A stretch of DNA of 64,000 nt from Clostridiales bacterium (GCA_918244965.1 CAKJYC010000049.1:22286-86285); one strand, 5' to 3'. Counted from the stretch's first letter, positions 8,612-18,056 are shown. Notes: generated by a model not told the origin, from the sequence alone. Made by a program: numbers and translations.

Positions 8612-8668
8612 GCGTAAACGTTTACGCCCCTGTACATACATCATATCACCGAATACCGGCGTTGTCAA
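8612..8668 (-). promoter_or_regulatory. Promoter plus palindromic operator upstream of mgtC
   Basis: Minus strand: TTGACA (8668-8663), 17 nt, TATGAT (8645-8640), then 12 nt downstream the perfect palindrome GCGTAAACGTTTACGC (8627-8612). Confidence 0.65.
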
Positions 8669-8700
8669 CCGGATTCTGTAAAATGATACGTTCCGGGCGG

Positions 8701-10953
8701 TCAGCGCAGAACGAGCATATAGAGGAAGATCAGTGAGATCGCGCCGACCAGCATCAGAAGCGCGAACGACAGGTTGTCGGTCAGGCGGCGGCCGGTGTCG
8801 CGCAGCGTGCGCCGCGCGCGGTAGGCGGTGATCGCGTAGCGGCGGCCGCCCTGCTCCTCGTGCCCGCGGCGGATCGCGATGCGGTCGATGCGCTTGCCGA
8901 AGCGATAGGGGAGGGACGCGCGCGCCTCGTCCTTTTCGGGCGGCGGGCTGTCACGGTAGACGGTCTTTCTGAGCAGCAGGACCAGCGCATCGACGGCGTC
9001 GGACAGCGCGTGGGATACGACGGTAAAGATGCGGAGCGACCGCTTTGCGGCGGGGGCGAATACGCGGTTTTCGCCGAACTGCGCGGATGCGCCGGATGCG
9101 ATCCGGAACACGCGCTTTGCAGCGGGCGCCGTGACCCGGTTTTCGCCGAACAGCGCGGCAAGCCTGCCGCCGAGCGTCATCACGCCGCGCGCAAGCGGCG
9201 CGCTGACGCGGTTCTCGCCGAACAGCGCGGCAAGCGGACCGAAGATCCCCGGCAGCCATTTTAAGAGTAGCGGGCGGTAAACAAGCTCCTCCAGATCGAG
9301 CCGGGCGGGCCAGCGGTTCACATAGACGCGGACGCCGTTTTCACGCCGCATCAGCAGCGTGCGCACGACGCCGAAGTACAGCGCAAGGCCGATCGCGATC
9401 GAGATAAGCCCGCCCTTGAGATTCTCCCATGAAAGATAGTGCACGGCGTGTTCGAGCGGTCCCGCGTGCAGAAAGTCCGTGCCGAGGTCGGCGATCGCGT
9501 TCATGGAGGCGTTTGCCGTCATGCCCAGCGCGGGCAGAAGGAGCGCGGACAGCAGCAGCGCGATCGCGGTCAACGGCCGCATGTACCGGCGCTTTGCGTC
9601 GAATTCCGCCTGCCGCGTCGGGTGCCGTTCGACAAACAGCGCGACGAACAGCTTGGTCATATACGCGACGGTGATCCCGCCGGACAGCAGAAACAGCCAC
9701 TCGACCGCGCGCATGCCGAACGTGCCCTGACCGAGATGTGCAAGGTGGCCGATGTACTCGACGATGCTCTCATGCAGCAGCGTCTTGCTGATGTAGCCAG
9801 AAAACAGCGGGAACCCGCCGATGCCGAGCGCGCCGCAAAGGAATGCGGTCATCAGCAGCGGCTTTCTGCGGCCGAAGCCGCGGATATCGTTCAGGTTCAG
9901 CGCGTGCAGGTTCATATAAACGACCGCCGCGCACGAGAACAGCACGAGCTTGAACAGCGAATGGTTCATCATGTGCAGCAGCGTGCCGCGCGCGGCAAGC
10001 GCGTTTTCCTCGCCGAGCAGCGTCGTCATGGCGATCCCGACCAGAATGAAGCCGATCTGCGAGATCGACGAGCAGGCGAGCGTGCGCTTCAGATCGACCG
10101 AGAACAGCGCAAGCAGCGCGCCGAGCAGCATGGTGATCGCGCCGAGGATCAGGATGAGCGTTCCCCACGCAGGGTCGTGCCGGAACAGACGGCACGAGAT
10201 CGCGATCACGCCGAAGACGCCGGACTTGGTGAGAAGCCCCGACAGCAGAGCGCTCGCCGGGGCGGGCGCGACCGGATGCGCCTTCGGCAGCCAGATGTGC
10301 AGCGGGAACATGCCTGCCTTTGCGCCGAAGCCGAACAGCACGCAGCCGCCTGCGACGTACAGGATCCGCCTGTTGTCACAGCGCACAGCCGCGTCGTACA
10401 GTCTGTCGATCTCGGCCGTGCCGAGCGTGTGCTGCAGAAGAAACAGCCCGAACAGCGCCGCAAGTCCGCCGATGACCGCGACCGCAAGATAGGTGTTCGC
10501 GGCGCGTTTCGCCGCCTCCGTTTCTTCCTGCACGACCCACGGGTACGAGGTGAACGACATGATCTCAAAGAACACGAGCGCGGTAAACAGATCGCGCGCA
10601 AGGAACACGCCGACCGCCGCGCCGAGCGTCAGCAGGTTGAAGAAATAATAGCGGTTCGCGGTCGTGTAGTGCGAGAAGTATTCGCCGCCGATTAGGGTCG
10701 TCACGGCCCACAGGAACGCGATCACGACGAGATAGACCCGGCGGAAGCCGTCGACAGTCAGGTGCAGACCGAGCCCCGCGACGCCGTCGACGTCCGCGGA
10801 GAGGTCCGGCAGAAACAGCAGGGCCGTGCACAGGCCGAGCTCGATCAGCGTCGTGAGCGCAGCGAGCAGATTGCGCGCGCGAACGGATCGGCGTCCGGCA
10901 AGCCACGTGAGCAGCGCCATGCACATCGGGAAGAGGACCGGCACAAACAGCAT
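8701..10953 (-). CDS. Antiporter-like subunit (MrpA N-domain / NuoL / HycC-like) with a long C-terminal extension and terminal TM anchor
   Basis: GAKAGMFPLHIWLPKAHPVAPAPASALLSG...K motif of proton-conducting membrane transporters. Start at MLFVPVL (ATG 10953), with GGGAGGTG upstream. The C-terminal ~230 aa comprise a 3 x 24-aa repeat, a very basic segment and a final TM helix. Confidence 0.85.
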   Translation of the reverse strand: MLFVPVLFPMCMALLTWLAGRRSVRARNLLAALTTLIELGLCTALLFLPDLSADVDGVAGLGLHLTVDGFRRVYLVVIAFLWAVTTLIGGEYFSHYTTANRYYFFNLLTLGAAVGVFLARDLFTALVFFEIMSFTSYPWVVQEETEAAKRAANTYLAVAVIGGLAALFGLFLLQHTLGTAEIDRLYDAAVRCDNRRILYVAGGCVLFGFGAKAGMFPLHIWLPKAHPVAPAPASALLSGLLTKSGVFGVIAISCRLFRHDPAWGTLILILGAITMLLGALLALFSVDLKRTLACSSISQIGFILVGIAMTTLLGEENALAARGTLLHMMNHSLFKLVLFSCAAVVYMNLHALNLNDIRGFGRRKPLLMTAFLCGALGIGGFPLFSGYISKTLLHESIVEYIGHLAHLGQGTFGMRAVEWLFLLSGGITVAYMTKLFVALFVERHPTRQAEFDAKRRYMRPLTAIALLLSALLLPALGMTANASMNAIADLGTDFLHAGPLEHAVHYLSWENLKGGLISIAIGLALYFGVVRTLLMRRENGVRVYVNRWPARLDLEELVYRPLLLKWLPGIFGPLAALFGENRVSAPLARGVMTLGGRLAALFGENRVTAPAAKRVFRIASGASAQFGENRVFAPAAKRSLRIFTVVSHALSDAVDALVLLLRKTVYRDSPPPEKDEARASLPYRFGKRIDRIAIRRGHEEQGGRRYAITAYRARRTLRDTGRRLTDNLSFALLMLVGAISLIFLYMLVLR
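9040..9245 (-). repeat. Three in-frame 72-bp tandem repeats inside the CDS
   Basis: GG(T/C)T(T/C)TCGCCGAAC starts at 9066, 9138 and 9210 (exact 72-bp period). Encodes (A)LFGENRV(S/T/F)AP.A(R/K)... three times. Confidence 0.9.
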
Positions 10954-10966
10954 CGCATCCACCTCC

Positions 10967-12430
10967 CTAAATGAGCCCGCGCGCGATCGCGTCGGTGACC
11001 TGAAGGATCGGCTGTGCGAACACGCCGCACGCGAGCGTGCCGAGCGCAAGGATGACCATCGGGACGAGCATCTCCCAATCGGCCTCATGCACATCCGACA
11101 GGCCGGACAGGTCCGCCTGCCGGTCGGGGAACCACGCGCGCCGCGCCGGGATCAGCATGTAGATCGCGGTCAGAAGCGCGGAGAAGAGCAGCGCGCCCGC
11201 GCCGACGTAGGCGAGCCCGGAAACGTTCGCGGCGGCGGTGAGCAGATGCCACTTGCTGATAAAGCCGGAAAACGGCGGCAGACCGGTCAGCGCGACGGCC
11301 GAAACGGTGAAGCACGCAAAGGTGACGGGCATCCTCCGGCCGAGCCCGTCAAGCTCGTATACGCCGGTGCGGCCGGTTTTTTTCAGCACCGCGCCCGCGC
11401 AGAAGAACGCGAGGATCTTGATGCACGCATGCGCCGCCATGTGCAGAAGAGACGCGGACAGTCCGTCCGGCGTCAGCAGCACCGCGCCGAACAGCATATA
11501 GGAAAGATTCGCCACGGTCGAGTGCGCGAGACGGCGCTTGAAATGCGGCTCCTTGAGCGCCATCGACGAGCCGTAAACGATCGTGAACGCGGCAAGCAGC
11601 AGCGCGACGGTCTGCGCCCATGTGCCGGAAAGCAGCTCCGTGCCGAAGCAGTAATACGTCAGCCGGATCGCGGCGAACGCGCCCGCCGTAACGACCGCCG
11701 CCGCGTGCAGAAGCGCGGTCACCGGGGTCGGCGCGACCGAGGCGCGGATGAGCCATCCGTGCAGCGGGAAGATCGCGGCCTTGACGCCGAAGCCAAGGAA
11801 CCCGAACAGCCAGAAGAGACAGATCACGTCCCGTCCGAACGGGCGCGTCTCCAGGATGCCGCCCATCGTGAACAGCCCCGTCGCGCCGTTGGTGAGCAGA
11901 AAGACCATCGACGCGAACGCGAACGCCGCGCCGCCGAGCGAGAACAGCAGATACATGCGCGCGGCGCGCACGGCCTCCTTCGTCATCGGGTGCAGCACCA
12001 GCGGCACAGTCGACAGCGTCAGAAGCTCATAGAAGCAGTACATCGTGAACAGGTTGCCAGCCGTCGCCACGCCGAGCGTCGCGCCGTACGCCGCGGTGAA
12101 GAACCCGAAGAACATCGAAAGATGCGCTTCGTCCTTCATGTAGGAGCGCGCGTACAGCACGGTCAGCGGCCACAGCGTCGCCACGATGCCGACAAAGAAC
12201 CGGCCGAGCCCGTCGAGCCGCAGCGTAAACGACAGCTCCGGCGCAAAGCGGATCAGCTCGACCGGACCGGTCACGCCGGACAGCAGCACAGTCCAGCACA
12301 GCGCCGACGTCAGCACCGTGATCCCCAGCGTCGCATCCGCAAGCACGCGGAACGACCGGAGCTTCAGCACATACAGCAGAAGCCCCGATACGAACGGGAT
12401 CAGGATGGAGATCGGCAGCAGGATCTGCAT
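10967..12430 (-). CDS. mrpD: Antiporter-like subunit, MrpD/NuoN/NuoM family
   Basis: GVKAAIFPLHGWLIRASVAPTPVTALLHAAAVV motif, ~14 TM helices. Start at MQILLPI, with AAGGAGG upstream. Confidence 0.85.
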   Translation of the reverse strand: MQILLPISILIPFVSGLLLYVLKLRSFRVLADATLGITVLTSALCWTVLLSGVTGPVELIRFAPELSFTLRLDGLGRFFVGIVATLWPLTVLYARSYMKDEAHLSMFFGFFTAAYGATLGVATAGNLFTMYCFYELLTLSTVPLVLHPMTKEAVRAARMYLLFSLGGAAFAFASMVFLLTNGATGLFTMGGILETRPFGRDVICLFWLFGFLGFGVKAAIFPLHGWLIRASVAPTPVTALLHAAAVVTAGAFAAIRLTYYCFGTELLSGTWAQTVALLLAAFTIVYGSSMALKEPHFKRRLAHSTVANLSYMLFGAVLLTPDGLSASLLHMAAHACIKILAFFCAGAVLKKTGRTGVYELDGLGRRMPVTFACFTVSAVALTGLPPFSGFISKWHLLTAAANVSGLAYVGAGALLFSALLTAIYMLIPARRAWFPDRQADLSGLSDVHEADWEMLVPMVILALGTLACGVFAQPILQVTDAIARGLI

Positions 12431-12440
12431 GGACCCTCCT

Positions 12441-13907
12441 TTACACAAGCGATGCGGACAGCGACATCGTCCAGTCGGTCAACGGCCCCGCAAACAGGCC
12501 GAGCAGCAGCGACACGGCGGCGAGCACGGCGATCGGCAGCCACATCACGGCGGTGCCTTCGTTCGTGCGGTCAAGCGGCGTGAAGTCCTTTCCGGGGAAG
12601 AAGCCACGGACCGTGACCGGCAGCAGATACCCCGCCGTCAGCAGCGCGGACACGAGCAGCACGACCGGTGCAAGCCAGTTCAGCACGGAAAGGCCCGTAT
12701 CGAGCGCGCCGAGCGCAAGATACCATTTGCTGACAAAGCCCGACGCGGGCGGAATGCCGATCAGGCCCAGCGACGCGATCGTGAACGACCACAGCGTGAC
12801 CGGCATGGCTTTTCCGATCCCGCGCAGCTCCGATACGCGCGTCTTTTCGAGGTTGACGATGAACGAGCCTGCGACGAGGAACAGGCAGATCTTGATGCAA
12901 GCGTGGAAGACCACGTGCAGCAGCCCGCCCGCGACGCTCTGCTGCGTCATGCAGAACAGGCCGACGAGGATGTAGGAGATCTGGCTGACCGAGGAGTACG
13001 CGAGCCGCTTTTTGAACACGTCCTCGCGGTACGCCATCATTGAGCCGACGAATACGGTGAGCAGCGCAAGCGAGATCCATGCGATCTGCACCCACGTCCC
13101 GCGCAGAAACGCCGGGCCGACGGTGAAGTACAGAAGCCGCAGGATCGCCAGCACGCCCGCTTTGGTGATGACCGCGGAGAGCACCGCGCTCGCGGGGGCG
13201 GGGGCGACCGGATGCGCCGTCGGCAGCCAGCCGTGCAGCGGGTACATGCCCGCCTTTGCGCCGAATCCGATCACGCCTAAAAACACGGTGATCTCGATCA
13301 GCGTGCGGCTTTCTTCGACGGCGGCGTTCAGCGTGCCGCCCGCCTTGAAATCAAAGGTCGTGGTGAACCGCGAAAGCGTGAAGATCGCCAGAAGCGCCAG
13401 GAATGCGCCCGCGATCGAGTAAAACAGGTATTTCATCGCCGCGCGGATGGACTCCTGCGTGCGGTCGTGCAGCACAAGCGGCATGGACAGCAGCGTCGCC
13501 GCCTCGAAGAAGAGGTACATCGTGATCAGGTTCTCGGACAGGTCCATGCCGACGAGCGCGCCGAGCGAGAACAGCATGAAGGCGTAGAAGCTGTGCTGCC
13601 GCTCGCCGTGCGCCATGTAGCGGGTCGCGTACACGCCCGCAAACAGGAACCCGAACGCACCGATCGACAGAAAGATGCGCGAGACCGCGTCGGTGGCGAG
13701 GCTGACCGTCAGCGCGTCGGTCATCGAGAAGAGGAACACCCTTGCGTCCGGCAAAAACAGGTACCAGAGGCAGAGCGCCGCTTCGACGCCGAGCGCGGCG
13801 ACAAAGACCGCGTTCTGTGCGCGGCGGCCTGCGCGCTTCATCAGCGAAAGGCACACGCCCGCCGCAAGCGGTAAAAGCAAGAGGATGATCAACAGGATTC
13901 GGTTCAT
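12441..13907 (-). CDS. Antiporter-like subunit, MrpD/HyfB-like
   Basis: GAKAGMYPLHGWLPTAHPVAPAPASAVLSAVITKAG. 488 aa. 4-nt overlap with the upstream gene. Confidence 0.85.
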   Translation of the reverse strand: MNRILLIILLLLPLAAGVCLSLMKRAGRRAQNAVFVAALGVEAALCLWYLFLPDARVFLFSMTDALTVSLATDAVSRIFLSIGAFGFLFAGVYATRYMAHGERQHSFYAFMLFSLGALVGMDLSENLITMYLFFEAATLLSMPLVLHDRTQESIRAAMKYLFYSIAGAFLALLAIFTLSRFTTTFDFKAGGTLNAAVEESRTLIEITVFLGVIGFGAKAGMYPLHGWLPTAHPVAPAPASAVLSAVITKAGVLAILRLLYFTVGPAFLRGTWVQIAWISLALLTVFVGSMMAYREDVFKKRLAYSSVSQISYILVGLFCMTQQSVAGGLLHVVFHACIKICLFLVAGSFIVNLEKTRVSELRGIGKAMPVTLWSFTIASLGLIGIPPASGFVSKWYLALGALDTGLSVLNWLAPVVLLVSALLTAGYLLPVTVRGFFPGKDFTPLDRTNEGTAVMWLPIAVLAAVSLLLGLFAGPLTDWTMSLSASLV

Positions 13908-15403
13908 AGCGCCTCCTTCAACAGGATCAGCCCGTGTTCGATCAGGGTCACGACCGGCTTGGCCGCAACGCCGAAGCCGATGTTCATACAGAGAAACGCG
14001 ATCGCCGCGACGGCGAACGGGCGCTGCTCACGCATGCGCACGCGCGGTCCGTCCGGACCGGACGCCGGCGTGTACAGCCGGATCACCACGCGCATGAAGT
14101 ACCAGGTGTTCAGGATCGTGCTGACTGCCAGCACGATCAGCGTCGGGACGATCAGCTTCGGGTTGTCGAACGCGGCAAGCCCGAAGCGGTATTTACTGAC
14201 AAACCCCATCGTCAGGGGAATGCCGATCATGCTGAGCGCGCACGCCGTAAACGTCAGCCCCGCGAGGCGGTTTTTATGCCCCGCGCCGAGCCAGAGCTTG
14301 CGGTCGCGCCCGCCTGCGATCCGGGCGATCTGCGCCGCGGACAGAAACAGCGGCGGCTTGGTGATCGCGTGGGTCAGGATGTGGAACACCGAGGCCAGTA
14401 CGCCGAGCTGCGGCGACAGGCCGAAGCCCATGAAGATGTAGCCGATCTGCGACGCGGACGAGTACGCGATCATGCGGGCGACGTCCGTTTCCCGCGCGGC
14501 GCTGACGCTGCCGACGATCACGCCGATCGCGCCGAGCACGAACAGCACGTTCGATACGCCGCTTTTGTAAAAGACCTCGGTTCCGAACACGCGGAAAATG
14601 ACCCGCAGCAGGAAAAAGATGTATCCCTTCGACACGAGCCCGGACAGGATACCGCCGGACGCGGGCGTTGCGTAGCCGTAGGTATCCGGCATCCAGAAGT
14701 GGAAGGGGAACAGACCGCCCTTGACCGCAAGCCCGACCGTGACAAGACAGATCGAGGTCAGAAGCACCGAGCGGTACTGTCCGCTTTCCCACAGCGTGCC
14801 GATCGCGCGCGAAAGGTCCGGCATCAGAAGATGTCCCGTCACCGCGTACAGCAGGATCAGTCCGAGCAGAAACAGCCCGGAGCCGATCAGCGAGAAAATC
14901 AGGTACCGGATCGACGCAAGCGTCGTGCGGCCGAGCTGCCGGATCATCAAAAGCCCGCACGAGGCGACGGTGCTGATCTCGATAAAGACGTAGCCCGTGA
15001 ACACGTCGTTCGTGCAGCACAGCGCGATCAGCGACGACAGCACCAGTTCGCACATCACGTAGTAGTAGCGGCGCTTACCCTGCTCAAGGTCGTTTTCAAG
15101 ATGCGATCCGCCGCCGAGCAGGCATAAAAGCATGACGGTCGCGAACACGCACAGCAGCAGCGGTTCAAGCGTGCCGAAGAACAGCTCGTTGCCCCACGGA
15201 TGCGGATAGTGTCCCATCCGATAGGTCGTCGCCGCGTCGGAGGAGAGTCCGTATGCGAGCAGCAGGCCGAAGGCGATCGCGACGAGCCCGCACAGCGCAA
15301 GGCACAGCCGCCTTGCGGCCTTTTCCGGCAGGACTGCGCTCACGGCCGAACAGATCAGGCACAGCGCCGCGGCGAACAGGGGAAGGTTGACCGTAAACTC
15401 CAT
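13904..15403 (-). CDS. Antiporter-like subunit, MrpD/NuoN-like
   Basis: AVKGGLFPFHFWMPDTYGYATPASGGILSGLVSKG. 499 aa polytopic. Confidence 0.82.
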   Translation of the reverse strand: MEFTVNLPLFAAALCLICSAVSAVLPEKAARRLCLALCGLVAIAFGLLLAYGLSSDAATTYRMGHYPHPWGNELFFGTLEPLLLCVFATVMLLCLLGGGSHLENDLEQGKRRYYYVMCELVLSSLIALCCTNDVFTGYVFIEISTVASCGLLMIRQLGRTTLASIRYLIFSLIGSGLFLLGLILLYAVTGHLLMPDLSRAIGTLWESGQYRSVLLTSICLVTVGLAVKGGLFPFHFWMPDTYGYATPASGGILSGLVSKGYIFFLLRVIFRVFGTEVFYKSGVSNVLFVLGAIGVIVGSVSAARETDVARMIAYSSASQIGYIFMGFGLSPQLGVLASVFHILTHAITKPPLFLSAAQIARIAGGRDRKLWLGAGHKNRLAGLTFTACALSMIGIPLTMGFVSKYRFGLAAFDNPKLIVPTLIVLAVSTILNTWYFMRVVIRLYTPASGPDGPRVRMREQRPFAVAAIAFLCMNIGFGVAAKPVVTLIEHGLILLKEAL

Positions 15404-15406
15404 AGG

Positions 15407-15793
15407 CTACACCCCGTGTTCCTTCTGTGCCATCTTGTAGATTTCGTCCACGTTCAGGCTGTGATAGCGCCGGTACAGACGGATCGTCAGCGCCAGCAGC
15501 ACCGCCGTGACCGACACCGAAACGACGATGCCGGTGAGCACCAGTCCCGCGGGCAGCGGGTTGACGTAATGCGCCGGATCCGTGTCGTCGCCGCGGAGGA
15601 TCGGAGACAGGCGGTTTTCAATGTAGCCCAAAGACGTCAGCAGCAGATACGCCGCCGTGTCCATGATGTTGAGGCCGATAATCTTTTTGATCAGGTTGCG
15701 GTGCAAAAGCAGCGTGACGAACCCTACCGCGAACAGGATCACCGCCGCGACTGCGAACCGGGAATCCCAGAGCTTCATAAGGAAGTCGTTCAT
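15407..15793 (-). CDS. mrpC: MrpC/MnhC (NuoK-like) subunit
   Basis: 128 aa, 3 TM helices, LNIMDTAAYLLL...PLPAGLVLTGIVVSVS. 4-nt overlap with the upstream gene. Confidence 0.8.
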   Translation of the reverse strand: MNDFLMKLWDSRFAVAAVILFAVGFVTLLLHRNLIKKIIGLNIMDTAAYLLLTSLGYIENRLSPILRGDDTDPAHYVNPLPAGLVLTGIVVSVSVTAVLLALTIRLYRRYHSLNVDEIYKMAQKEHGV

Positions 15794-16695
15794 CCGATCC
15801 GCCCCCTTTCAAACAGGGAATAGAGCCCGTACATCGTGAACGATACGACGACGCCGACCGCAATGTTCAGCGGCAGGATCAGCCCCGCCGACAGGATGCG
15901 GCTCGGCGTGCCGGGCGAAAAGATCGTGTGCAGCCCGTTCGCGCCGCAAAAGAACGAGTACAGCTTCGACACGCTGTAAAAGCACAGCGCCGAGATGCTT
16001 GCGATCCGGAACGTGCGGAAGGTGACGATCCGCTTCATGCGGTGCGGTCCGAACGCGAACGACAGCAGGATCAGTCCCGCGCCGACGATCGCGCCGCCGG
16101 AAAAGCCGCCGCCGGGTCCGAGGTGTCCGGTCAGCATATTGTAGACGCCGAACAGGATCACGATCGGCGCGATCACGCTCGCCGTGACCGTCAGGATCGG
16201 ATCGCGCTCCATCAGGCGCGCGCCGGGATCGTCCGCTTCGGGCGCGTCCGATTGCACAAGCAGCAGGATCAGCACCGCGGTGATCGCCGCGTACAGCACG
16301 TGCGATTCGCCGAGTGTGTCAAACGCGCGATAGTCTAAAATAACGCCCGCGACCGCGTTGACCGCGCCGGTCTCCGCCGTGCCGCTGCCGAGATAGCGGG
16401 CGGTCACCTCGTTGTGCGCCGGATTGTCCGCCGCGCCGTACGGGGGCAGGTCCAGCACCGTCAGAAACAGAAAAACGATCATCACCGTGCCGAGCACGAG
16501 CGCCAGCACGGGGTAGAGACGGTCGAATGCGCGCTCGCCGCGCGTCGCCAGCCGCTCCAGCGGCGCGTCGGGGATCTCCTGCTTCAAGGGCTTCGGAGAA
16601 AGGTCCGGATGCATGTCGCCTGCGGTTTTTTCGGTCAGATCGAACCGGTCTGCGTCCCAGTCGCGGAGACGTTCAAGAAAGCCTGTCTTTTTCAT
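15790..16695 (-). CDS. mrpB: MrpB/MnhB-domain subunit with an N-terminal extension
   Basis: GAVNAVAGVILDYRAFDTLGE is the MnhB signature. 301 aa. Confidence 0.8.
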   Translation of the reverse strand: MKKTGFLERLRDWDADRFDLTEKTAGDMHPDLSPKPLKQEIPDAPLERLATRGERAFDRLYPVLALVLGTVMIVFLFLTVLDLPPYGAADNPAHNEVTARYLGSGTAETGAVNAVAGVILDYRAFDTLGESHVLYAAITAVLILLLVQSDAPEADDPGARLMERDPILTVTASVIAPIVILFGVYNMLTGHLGPGGGFSGGAIVGAGLILLSFAFGPHRMKRIVTFRTFRIASISALCFYSVSKLYSFFCGANGLHTIFSPGTPSRILSAGLILPLNIAVGVVVSFTMYGLYSLFERGRIG

Positions 16696-16942
16696 CGTCC
16701 GCCTTTCTGCGAATGTCGCGCAGCTTTTTCAGGGTGATAAAGAGCAGAATGCCGGATATGCCCGCGCCGACGGCGGCTTCCGTCACGGCGAGGTCCGGCG
16801 CTTTCATCAGCGCCCACAGGATCGACATCAGCACGCTGTACGCCAGAAAGATGACCAGCGACGCAAGCAGGTTTTTCGTGACACAGGTGGAGATCCCGCA
16901 TACGACCAGAAGTCCGAGGAGCAGCACTTCAAAGTATTCCAT
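16673..16942 (-). CDS. DUF4040 / MbhD-like small membrane subunit (equivalent to the MrpA C-terminal piece)
   Basis: 89 aa, 3 TM helices, ...PDLAVTEAAVGAGISGILL.... Position between mrpG and mrpB as in Mbh/archaeal Mrp loci. Confidence 0.65.
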   Translation of the reverse strand: MEYFEVLLLGLLVVCGISTCVTKNLLASLVIFLAYSVLMSILWALMKAPDLAVTEAAVGAGISGILLFITLKKLRDIRRKADDEKDRLS

Positions 16943-17279
16943 CCGCGTTTTCCTCCGTTTCGTCGGGATGCTCCATGTGCGAAAGCGCCGTCTCGTCGGT
17001 GCGCAATTCGAGCCGCGCGACCAGATGCGCCGCGATCGGCGTACCGATCCACAGGAACAGGATCAGAAAGAACAGCTTCCACACAAAAGCCGGTGCCTTT
17101 GCCGCCAGCATCAGCGCCGCCAGCAGAAACAGCGCGCCGAGCGTGTCGATGATCGCCGCGCAATGCATGCGGTTCAGTACGAATTTGAACCGGAACACGC
17201 CGAGGATCGACGTAAAGATCACGAATACGCCCGCCGCCGCCAGCACCGCGCAGAGTGTGAACCGTACCCAGTCAAGCAT
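16929..17279 (-). CDS. mrpG: MrpG/MnhG subunit
   Basis: 116 aa, LGVFRFKFVLNRMHCAAIIDTLG is typical of MnhG. Confidence 0.8.
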   Translation of the reverse strand: MLDWVRFTLCAVLAAAGVFVIFTSILGVFRFKFVLNRMHCAAIIDTLGALFLLAALMLAAKAPAFVWKLFFLILFLWIGTPIAAHLVARLELRTDETALSHMEHPDETEENADGIL

Positions 17280-17571
17280 CGCCGTCCTCCTCCTTTTCCT
17301 TTTTGTGTCCGGCCATATGCGTCTTGACGAGCGCGATCACTGCAAGGAAGCTGATCAGACCGTAGATCAGGCTGACGTCAAGGAGCCAGCTCTCCGAAAA
17401 CAGCAGCGCGATCACGGCGATCGACAGCAGCGACAGCGTGCCGATCATGTTGACGCCCATGATGCGGTCCGCCGTGCGCGGACCCCTGATCGCACGGATC
17501 AGCGCGAACAGGATTCCGGCGCCGAGACAGAACAGGATCACGATAAACAGAATGCGATAGGCTTCATCCAT
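17272..17571 (-). CDS. mrpF: MrpF/MnhF subunit
   Basis: 99 aa, IRAIRGPRTADRIMGVNMIGT is typical of MnhF. Confidence 0.8.
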   Translation of the reverse strand: MDEAYRILFIVILFCLGAGILFALIRAIRGPRTADRIMGVNMIGTLSLLSIAVIALLFSESWLLDVSLIYGLISFLAVIALVKTHMAGHKKEKEEDGDA

Positions 17572-18034
17572 GCCGTTCTCCCTCCATCCGTTTGATCAGC
17601 TTCATCAGCACGCCCGTGTGTATGCCATCGATCATGCTGCGGTCGAGACAGTGCACCGTGAACCGGTCGCCCTCGACGCGAACCGTAATGGTCCCCGGCG
17701 TCAGCGTGATCGAATTCGCCAGCAGAAACCGTCCGAAGCGGGTTTTGAGGTCCGTGCGGAAGATCACAAGGCTCTGGCGCAGCTTCTGTTTTCGCCGGAG
17801 GATGATCCGGATGACGCGCAGGTTCGCGCGGATCATTTCAAAGATCAGCACCCCCGCAAACGCGAGCAGCAGCGGAACGCGCAAAAGGTACTGAAGGTCC
17901 TGCTTCGGCGTGTAGCCCAAAAGCGCGTACATCAGAAGTCCCGCCGCGACGATGATCGCCGCGCCGAACAGCAGGATCTCCCATGTGACGGCGCCGTTCA
18001 GGGCCAGCCAGAGGCAAAAGAGCAGCAGGTACAT
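17564..18034 (-). CDS. mrpE: MrpE/MnhE subunit
   Basis: 156 aa, ...LANSITLTPGTITV... is typical of MnhE. First gene of the E-F-G-B'-B-C-D series. Confidence 0.8.
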   Translation of the reverse strand: MYLLLFCLWLALNGAVTWEILLFGAAIIVAAGLLMYALLGYTPKQDLQYLLRVPLLLAFAGVLIFEMIRANLRVIRIILRRKQKLRQSLVIFRTDLKTRFGRFLLANSITLTPGTITVRVEGDRFTVHCLDRSMIDGIHTGVLMKLIKRMEGERHG

Positions 18035-18056
18035 AAGCGCGTCCTTTTATGATTCG

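Noticed and set aside
9439-16338. Numerous 130-585-aa plus-strand ORFs across the mrp cluster (for example 10826-12583, 13934-15127).
   Set aside because: They are antisense to polytopic membrane-protein genes with conserved antiporter motifs. The translations are dominated by Arg/Gln/Glu/Asp runs.
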